Assembly: GCA_000708835.1 (NCBI GenBank)
Contig: DF237458.1
Location: 3,210 to 67,209 of the forward strand
From: Klebsormidium nitens
Lineage: Eukaryota > Plantae > Klebsormidiophyceae
Direction: 5' to 3'
DNA: 64,000 nucleotides
Below the pieces are notes generated by a model. The model made no database searches. It was not told the origin of the DNA and saw nothing but the letters and a program-made list of their open reading frames with translations. The stretch's first letter is position 1, and every line of letters begins with the position of its first letter. This document shows positions 1-9,597 of this stretch, one piece after another. A program made the position numbers and the translations under genes.

Positions 1-87
1 TATAGAATATTCTTGAGTTTTCATGCTTTGGATCCCGCTGATTGCTTGGCCTTTGCGTCTGTCTGACGTATTCCTTTGTCTGTGAAG

Positions 88-994
<907 letters not shown>

Positions 995-2080
995 GTAGAT
1001 GATCAGTTTTTACCATACTGAAAATAGACTTTCAATAGTGGCGAGTGCAACATAATATCGGTTTGAAGGTTCTTGCCGGTAGGTTTTGCAGCCATGCGGG
1101 CGTGTGATCAAGTGCGGAAGAGCAGACCACATTTGCTAGGATTGTTAGGATCATTCTGCCTAACAGATTCAAGTTCTACTTATGGGGTCTTTGTGGAAAG
1201 AGTCAACCTGATGATTACCCTTGTATATAGTAAAGTCTTGGTCGGCCAGCTACCCAGTCACATGTACCACAGCCTCCCGACCCCAATGGTTGGCCTAGTC
1301 ATGTTGATTCTTAGCACCAAATGTTGGTTGAGTTTCAAGTGATTTCATGCCATGGTTGGGGAAGTGGCTATAATAGCGGAATCACAATTTTCTTACTGCA
1401 GCGGGCTAGGGGCTAGGTCCGAAGTGTACTGCAAACCACCGAACGTGCTTGCGAAGTTGTCCATGTCAATTCCATGCAATGTAGGCTGAGCCACCCTGCC
1501 ATTTGGGCGTGTGGCCGTGCGCATGGACCAGCAAATGCTACACAGGACAGCTGCTTCACTCAACACTTACTGGGCTGGTTTATTCCAAAATGCATTCATG
1601 TGAGTGTTGTAAGTTCGGGCAGACCGTATGCGTTGCATGCGCATGTAGGTATTGCAATTGCTTCCACTAGTCAAAGTTGTACGGTAGCTTGTACATAGTC
1701 AATTTGTGTATGTAGTAACTTCTAAACCTCCAAACGGTGATTTGTATACCCAGTAGTTCAACACCATGATGAGGTAGCATGTCATGTTAGTAGGGTACGT
1801 ACGCGTCGACCGAAAAGCTGCAGAAAGCTTTCCACATTTCTTAGCCAATCGGATGCCTTTTCAGATTCAGGTGGTACGCCAAGGTACATACCAGAAGAGT
1901 ATAGTACGGCTGAAAAGTACCATACCTCCTAGACCTGTCGGTACTTATACAAAGGCAACATGCCATGCATGGAGGCCAAGTAGGTTTGATCAAGTTTTTG
2001 GTCGCCGACGCGTAACCTAACTGCTTGGTAACTATAGAGATAGTAGTAACGTCTTTTGATGAAGCCCGAAAAGTACGGCC

Positions 2081-2844
2081 CATCACAAGCTACCTATGGT
2101 GGGTACCGGCCGAGTCGATTCCGACTCCGGCCGCCACAAAATCGATTTAGCGCGTATCGAATATCGTCAGTGTTACCGGCGGTTCGCGTCACGGCTACTC
2201 AGGTTTATGTTACTCGGGCGGTACAAATACTCAGAGAATTTTGCCGGGCCGTAAGTAAGTGTGAGGAGATTCTTAAACAGTGTCAGGTTTTACACTTTGA
2301 GAGGAGCATCAAATTGGCACGCAAAGAAGAGCCATATGCAGGCTTATAAAAACCTCTGACAAGCAGAAAAAAATGTTGGGAGAGCGTCATGAAGGCTCCT
2401 TCGAAGCTCCAACATCTTGTTATGTTGAGGACAAATCGGAAGAAGCACCATCGTGGCTGCAAATGGCCGCCATTGCTTGCTTCTAAAAAGCGCCATTCCC
2501 TACACTCCCGTTTCCATCTTCTGCACTCTCCTTTCAAGTTAGGTACCGCGGTACTCTAGGGTGGTTCGAGTCGGAACTTCCGATCGAAACCATGATTTTC
2601 AAATTTCACGTACGGTCAGACTTGATTGGTACCGTACCGCCGGAAACTTCGGAAGTTTCTGACGATCGGAATGTCAGACAGATTCTAATTCATGAACTCG
2701 GACCGGATTCTCAAGTACCGGTCTGCACGATCGTCAGTACCGCGTACAGTAGTTGTCGCGACGCGACACACCGGTGATTCAAATTTGTGACCGGACCGTC
2801 GCGCGATCGAGACCGCCGATACCCACCATAGGTTGCTTGTGATG
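2081..2844. mobile_element. Putative non-autonomous DNA transposon (MITE-like) bounded by terminal inverted repeats
   Basis: 2081-2110 catcacaagctacctatggtgggtaccggc versus the reverse complement of 2815-2844, catcacaagcaacctatggtgggtatcggc (28/30 identical). Weaker inverted similarity continues for roughly another 45 bp. No coding capacity and no clear TSD. Confidence 0.55.
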
Positions 2845-3370
2845 CACACTTCGAAATTGCTTGTATTTGCGCCATGGGCCCAGGTGCCTCGAAGCGTGTA
2901 TACGAAAAGAAGTGACCATGAAGTAGATAAGTGATCAGCATATGGATAATATACGGTATAGTACTTTAAGCATCAACGCAAAAGCATAACCCCAGACTAG
3001 GTCTATGCACGCAAAGTATACTGAGATCATACACAGCTCATGAGGGTATCATTCATGCACTGAGTATGATAATGATATTTGCATGAGGTCCAATGACCTG
3101 CTGCATGAAACCTACACACGCCGTATACGTAAGTAGTGCGACTAGGACCAGGCTCCGGCCGGTGGTTTCAGGATGTCCTCTGAATCCTAAATGAGAGTAA
3201 CAAGGGCGTCACTTTTTCCAAAAAGCACCGGACCCTTTCTTATAATTGGACCAATCATAATCGCGACCCAACCAATACAGCCACAGTAATCCGCACTTCA
3301 TGTCGGGTTATGCGATGGCAACCAAAGGTGCATACCATGCATAGCGTCTTACTCGCGGTTGACCTGCTGC

Positions 3371-6300
3371 TCAGACCACCGTCATGGACTCCGGCTTCCC
3401 CGGTAGCGTCCGCCTCTCCTGCTCTACTCTTTTGGCCAGCATATCCACTTCGTCCTGCTTTTTCCGAATGTACTCTTCGTCCTCCCCCATATCAATCGCG
3501 TGCTGCAGGCTCTCCTTAGCCTCCTCGTACTCCTCCTGGTTGAACTTGTACCCGACCTCGAAGCTCCAGTCCAGGTGCCGCGTCATGCTACCCAGCCGCC
3601 GCATGTAGATCGGCGGCACATCCTGCATCTTCTCGCGCGCCATCTTGTCCACGACCGCGTTCTTGTACTCCTTGCTCACGATCCCCCGCGTAAAGCTCAG
3701 CTCCGTGAAGCCCGGCGAGTCCTTCGCCATCCATTCCGCAGCATCCCGCGTCTTGCGGATGATGTTCAGCGAGTCCGGCAGCGTGCCTTCCCGCAGCCCG
3801 AACATCTCCTCCTCGCTTTGCCCTTCGTAGCTCGCTTTGGTTACCCCCCGACTGCGAATGCTATCGTCCGCCAGCCGGTTCCTCGGCCGCTGCTTAAACA
3901 GCTCGAGCTCTCCGTCCCGGGGGGGTACCTTGTTCGCCGGGTTGCAGAGGCCCGCCAGCGAAGATGTCGTCCGCTCCCCCCCCTTGACGTGGTTCGTCGC
4001 CTTGTGCTGTGTAATCGTCACGCTTTGACTGACCGTCGGCCGGTGGTTGAGACTCCAGTACGGGCTGTTGTTGGTCAGGGGGGCAGCCTCGAACGTCGAC
4101 TCAAACCGCTCCCCGATCCATGTCCCGTATGGAAACTTCGTCGCCACCTCTCCGTACTTATTCAACTTCCCACGGTGCGATCCGGTGTCGGGCGAATCTG
4201 GATTACCTGGGGCCCACCCCGCTGAATTTGGGTTGATCCCCCACTCCCCCTTGTACGGCCGACCGACTTTGTGGATCACCGGATCAGGGGGTGGCTTCGT
4301 GATCGGCTGCAAACGTTCCCTTTCCTCCTCGCTCAGAATCCCGCCTTCTTCCATGTGGTACGTCCGGGGATTCGGCGCGGCTGGGTCGCGCACCTCCCCG
4401 GTGATCATCTCTTCGGCGTCTGCATAGTTCTCCAGCGCAAACTTCGGTCTCTGGGACTCTCGCTCCTTCAGGTACTCCGCACGCGCGCGCCGGTAGTCCT
4501 CCCAGTGCTGCTGCTTCTCCTCGCTCCACAGGTCCATGCTCATGCCCCGCTGCTCGCCGCGCGCGCGCATCCCCGCCTTCGCCTTACTGATTACTTCCTT
4601 GTTACGCACCCGCTTCTCATCCGTCCTCTGCTGGAGCGACTTTATCCGCCCGAGTCCCTGCACAAACTCCCCCCCTTCCTGGTCATTGCTTGCCGGCTCT
4701 CTTTTCGTTTTTCCGTCCCCCTTTTCCGTTCCTTCCCCCTTCCCCTTCCCCTCCCCTTTGTCTTTTCCGTCCCCCTTGCCCCTCCCCCCAGAAAGGATAA
4801 GCAGATGCTGACGCAGCGAAAACGTCAGCAGGTTGGCCCGCCCGATGCCATTACCCGGCGCCGTACCGTCTTCGCTTCCCGATACCCCTGCTTGCTCCTG
4901 TCGTCGCTGCTTGTCACGGCCCTCCTCGTACTCTGCATCGTCGTTCTGTTCGGCCTCGTCGTTCGGCTTGTCGGCATCCAGGGATTCGCCCTGTGTCTGG
5001 CCAGTCTCAGCTTCTAATTGGTTGCTCTGCAGAATGCGTAAGTTCGTTTGGTGAACAACACATCCTTCCGAGTAAAATATGGGCAGCAATTGCTTCCAAT
5101 GACAAAACCCAGTTTCCTGGTGATCTAGTCAGCTTCACCATGCTTTAACGCTGAGGCATAACCATGGCGCAGCAAGACTCTAAACATTTTGCAAGAGCTG
5201 TGCAAGCTGGAAGATGAAATCTGGGCAGGGGCAAAGCGAGTTGAGCAATCATCGGCAAGAGACACCTGTGCTCCTACATAACGATGTCAAGTAATGGTAT
5301 AACAAAGACAGCTCCAGGAGAGGAGCGCAGAGCAAAACAAGTGACATTTTATTACTGCCGGCAGACTAAAGTCTGGATGTTAGTACAGTTGACTTGGAGA
5401 CAGACTTCTGTCCCACTCAATATTTTTCAGATAAACAAACAAAGGGGAGTGTGCAAAGCACTCATGATCAAGCGCTAAACTTTTAAACCGGTTGTCAACT
5501 TACCTCCTCATAGGTTGAACGAGCAGTCGTTCCTACCCCAGGGTTTTGTTCGATTGCCGCTACGGCCACTGCTGCTGCAACAGGAAGAAACCAGCTTTTG
5601 TCGAGGATGCATGCATGGTCATGATGATTACATGTGTTGCTGACAACAATGGCTGACCTCTAAACTTCTTTTGGGGGTCTACTTATTTCCGAGCATGCCA
5701 GCAGACATACTTTTCCAGAAGGCAAATTACGACAGCTGCCTTCTGAAACTACAAAATGCGAAACGGTGCGTAGTTGGGGCCTGCCACTGACGATTCAGAT
5801 TGTACCCCGCTTGTGTCCTCATTCAGCAATTGCGAACAGGTGAAAACAACGAACTCGCTACTTTTTCCATCAGGCGGGCCCTCTCCTCCATTGCTGAAAA
5901 GTGGTTTTAAGCCACTTAAGCAGAACCTTACACAAATTGCATAAGCATCATAGAAGAATTTTAAGAGGCATTCTTGCACTCACTTCGTGCTGGCACAGCA
6001 GCTTTGCTGCCAGCTCTTCCACAATAAAGTCTCCGGAGCTTTGACGGTCCCGAGGACCTAGGCAGGGGGCCACCTAGCCAGGGGGTGGCGAGCTGAGAGC
6101 TTATGGCTTGGCGCCTCACAGAAGTGGACTGTCCACTGATGCTCATGCGCGGGGTCCCACAAGCTGCATACGTAGGTCTATCAGTGATTAGAAGTTCTGA
6201 CGAGGCAGCCATACTCCGGGATACATTACAAGAGTGAAAAAGTGTCTGAGCCAGAGATGGAGAGGAGTGCACAACACAACATTGCTTCCAACGACAGATT

Positions 6301-7510
6301 CCACAATCTGCACGTAAGCTAGCTCCGGGTAGGTGCGGAATGTTGCTGCTTATGGAGCGACGCACTGCCGTTGCATGAACCTGCTGGATGGGAAGTGCCT
6401 TCTGCTGAAACCCAGAGGAGTGGCTGATGATTTTTTTTGAGGCAATCCAAAGCAAGCAAAGTGCACTTACCGGAAGGAACCCTTGCTAGTGCCACCGCCA
6501 TTTCACCACCGTCCGGCTCGGAGAGTGGTGGTCCGAGCGGCAAGTTACTCGGGAGGCGGTCCTCGGGGCCAGGGGGATTGAGGACCTGGCGGGGTCTGCG
6601 AGCGTCCCCCACTGCTACCGCGCCGAGGCGGACCCGGCTCGCATCGATGCAATCGCGGGCAAGATGTACCAGACTCTGTTAAANNNNNNNNNNNNNNNNN
6701 NNNNNNNNNNNNNNNNNNNNNNNNNNNNNNNNNNNNNNNNNNNNNNNNNNNNNNNNNNNNNNNNNNNNNNNNNNNNNNNNNNNNNNNNNNNNNNNNNNNN
6801 NNNNNNNNNNNNNNNNNNNNNNNNNNNNNNNNNNNNNNNNNNNNNNNNNNNNNNNNNNNNNNNNNNNNNNNNNNNNNNNNNNNNNNNNNNNNNNNNNNNN
6901 NNNNNNNNNNNNNNNNNNNNNNNNNNNNNNNNNNNNNNNNNNNNNNNNNNNNNNNNNNNNNNNNNNNNNNNNNNNNNNNNNNNNNNNNNNNNNNNNNNNN
7001 NNNNNNNNNNNNNNNNNNNNNNNNNNNNNNNNNNNNNNNNNNNNNNNNNNNNNNNNNNNNNNNNNNNNNNNNNNNNNNNNNNNNNNNNNNNNNNNNNNNN
7101 NNNNNNNNNNNNNNNNNNNNNNNNNNNNNNNNNNNNNNNNNNNNNNNNNNACTGCGAAGGAAAGAAGCTGCCGCTGCTCGTCTCATCAACGATGTGAAAG
7201 GTAAACACCGGCGCAGTCTTCCTCCAATGAGTAGACTTCTGGATGGCTCGGCTCTTTGACTTGGCGAGGACGGCTCTCCTTTGCTTTAAAGCGAGTAAAC
7301 TTGGGCGATCCATATGACTTCAACGTCTCGGTCAACAAAACAGACGTTGTGGCGAGGTGTGCAAACGAAGTCTTGTCCCGCGTCTTTTTTTCACAAAGCT
7401 TCCCATTCGGTAAGATAGCAAGCAACGAAAGGCACCGCCACTCACAGCTCAAAGATCCAAAAGAGTGAAAGAGTAGGCTGTGTGGACGTCAGAGCGTCAA
7501 GAGACGCCAT
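3371..7510 (-). CDS. Hypothetical protein, multi-exon, no recognised family. Large terminal exon 3371-5026; candidate upstream exons 5984-6057, 6471-6675, sequence inside the N gap (exon starting at 7151) and 7446-7510
   Basis: 572-codon open frame with a polypyrimidine/ctgcag acceptor at 5027-5032, GC-rich codon-like composition and a stop at 3371. The upstream exons have canonical splice sites, and the 6471-6675 and 5984-6057 exons join in compatible phase (…VPSG|PRDRQSSGDFIVEELAAKLLCQHE). The candidate ATG at 7510 is in cgccaccATGG context, and its intron ends ttccttcgcag at the gap edge. Further small exons may lie at ~5500-5900. Confidence 0.7.
6684..7150. other. Assembly gap (N run)
   Basis: Run of N. 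It falls inside the predicted minus-strand gene, immediately after a splice acceptor. Confidence 0.99.
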
Positions 7511-8901
7511 GGTGGCGTTCAAGTCGGGCAAGGGCTGCGTCCTTCCGTCTCCATCCGCTAATGTTCCTGGAGGCTTCGTTTCCTGCAGAGAGGCTACTCC
7601 GGGGACGATTCTGTGACGCCACCCTTTTCCCCGTGGTTTTCTCCGGCTGTGGCCCGTCCGGTCCGCTTTTTACATTCGGCAGAGCTCCCAAGGCCCTCAG
7701 TGTTCGTACGTCGACTGAGGCCACACGGGTCCGGTCAAACCGCAGGACCTGCTGCTGATGATGAGCGGAGCCGCCGATGTGTACTCGAAGCTGGCAAAGG
7801 AGGGGTGCGAAGACCCGATCTTGCAACTCCGGAGTTGGGCGTGGGACGTGGTACAGAACCTAAGGTCGAAGCAAGGGGCGGGGCCGAGCTCGTCTACCAG
7901 CCAGGCTCGCGGGTGCCCCGGTGCGGACGCGTGACCAGGCAACGCGCGCGAAGTGTGATGTGATCCTAGAGGCTGGGCGAAATTTTAGTAGGTATGGTAC
8001 ACGTAGGTCTTGCGTTCAAGCATAGGGACTGTAACATCGAGTGTAAGGGTAGGCGAACCAGGACAACAGATGCGTGCTTCAGCCACAACCGGCTTTACCC
8101 CTCAGTGCGGCTGCGTTTCAAGGTTGCGCGTATGCAACGGCTGTGCAATGTCCATTGGCGGGTGTGTACTCTAGTAAAGATCTTGGACACGTCATTAGAT
8201 GCGTCGATTGCTACAGACGGCACTAGACAATCTTTCCGCGCGGGAGCCATAGAACGGCAGTAACATTTCTAACCACAGCAGCGAGTCGGATAACCATTGC
8301 TTATTGAAGGTTACTTAAGTAAGACGGTGCTCCTCATACAACAGAATTGACATATGGTAATAAGTCGAAGAACACGGCATTACGCATGCACAGGCCAAGA
8401 ACGTTTGCTCATGATGAGCAGGACAATATGTACTTGTGCGATGATGGTATGCACGCACGTGTTGAAGTATCTCAATGAACTGCCCACGCTTCTCGTGTGG
8501 TGTCTTTCGAGTCGTCCTTCTCAGTTGCTTCCCAATTTAAGTGTTGCAAAACTTGCACTCTTTGATTGGCCGCCCTGAGCCGCGCCTTCACCTTCACCTG
8601 CATGCACGCAAGAAAGCAACTTTGTGCAACTAGTCAAACAGAGCAACTCGATCAATCTTTGGCTGCAGCATGTCGTTTTCTGCATGCGCATGCTAATGCT
8701 AAAACGATGTGCGGGCCGCGCTCAGAGCTTGCTTGGAACAATCGATCAGGGCCCGCGGGCCTCGTCCGGCCCTGTTGCCCGCGCGCGGGCCAACTTTTTT
8801 CGATCCGGCCATTCAACGGCGGAATGCCGGCGGAATTCACCGTCCGGTCCAACTCGTACCAAAAAAATATATATTGTTTGCAGGGCCAAATGAGGACATG
8901 C

Positions 8902-9003
8902 GATCAGATGGCCGAGCGGTCTAAGGCGCCAGCTTCAGGCCCGTTACGGTCGGTGTAAATGCTGGTTCTTTCGAGAGCGTGGGTTCGAATCCCACTCTGG
9001 TCA
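8902..9003 (+). tRNA. tRNA-Leu(CAG) with a 20-nt intron (8940-8959)
   Basis: Acceptor stem GATCAGA/TCTGGTC plus discriminator A. D-arm TGGCCGAGCGGTCTAAGGCG. Anticodon stem CCAGC/GCTGG with CAG at 8936-8938 and the intron after position 37. Long variable arm. T-arm GTGGG-TTCGAAT-CCCAC. Confidence 0.93.
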
Positions 9004-9008
9004 CGCGC

Positions 9009-9021
9009 TTTTTCCTTTTTT
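9009..9021 (+). terminator. RNA polymerase III oligo-T terminator
   Basis: tttttcctttttt begins 5 nt after the tRNA 3' end. Confidence 0.75.
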
Positions 9022-9088
9022 CACTCATGCGAAAGGCATACCTACCAAAGCGAAGGAGCTATCGGACGAACACGATGAGAGCTGAGCA

Positions 9089-9173
9089 GGTCCCGAGTCC
9101 AATCGACGGCGGAGAAAACTTCAAAAAGAACCCTCAGCAATGGGGCGTGGGTTCAAATCCCACTCTGGCCATC
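9089..9173 (+). pseudogene. tRNA-Leu-derived unit 1 (intact T-arm/B-box and acceptor 3' strand, degenerate 5' half)
   Basis: 9143-9173 gggcgtgggttcaaatcccactctggccatc matches the tRNA-Leu 3' half. Upstream gtcccgag…cggcg only loosely resembles the D-arm. No complementary acceptor 5' strand or anticodon stem. The 5' boundary is approximate. Confidence 0.7.
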
Positions 9174-9283
9174 GTCTGTGTCCCTTTTGTTGGCACGCCA
9201 TTTTCATGCCGAGGGCGCACTGCAGGTCCTTTCTCCTGGCATGGTTCCTTAGAAGCCAACAAACGGCTCCGATTACAAGATCC

Positions 9284-9374
9284 TGTGGCCCGAGGCACAT
9301 CCGACGGACGGACTACAACATTCCAATGAGATCCTTCGAGAGAGGGCGTGGGTTCAAATCCCACTCTGGCCATC
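9284..9374 (+). pseudogene. tRNA-Leu-derived unit 2 (intact T-arm/B-box and acceptor 3' strand, variable-arm remnant, degenerate 5' half)
   Basis: 9344-9374 is identical to 9143-9173. It is preceded by a ccttcgagagagg variable-arm-like hairpin and by tggcccgag…gacgg, which resembles unit 1. The 5' boundary is approximate. Confidence 0.7.
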
Positions 9375-9597
9375 AGTGGCATCACTACGATGGATCAATA
9401 CTTTTGCCAGAGATTTTTGCCCTGCTCTTCTGATTGAGCTAGAGCGCAGCTAGACAAAACTGGTCAAAAGCCTTGAAAAGGTAGCTGGCTCCATTTTCTG
9501 AGCAGCATAGCTCTGGTCTTTGGTCGGCGGGACCATCAACGCTGATGAGCTGGTCACGCAATCTCCTTCTGATAGACTCTGGCGGTCTCCAAACACG

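Noticed and set aside
3500-5017. Plus-strand ORFs of 241 and 248 aa opposite the orphan exon
   Set aside because: They are antisense shadows of the GC-rich minus-strand exon, with non-protein-like composition.
8977-9374. CRISPR-like array (three palindromic ~27-31-nt repeats with unique spacers)
   Set aside because: The repeat is a tRNA-Leu T-arm/acceptor strand, the spacers are ~140-170 nt and partly homologous, there are no cas genes, and the context is eukaryotic.
9143-9440. Permuted tRNA (3' half preceding 5' half)
   Set aside because: No downstream GGCCAGA-type acceptor strand followed by a D-arm. gccagag at ~9406 pairs with the acceptor strand but is followed by a T-rich tract. atgccgagggcgc at ~9205 is too truncated.
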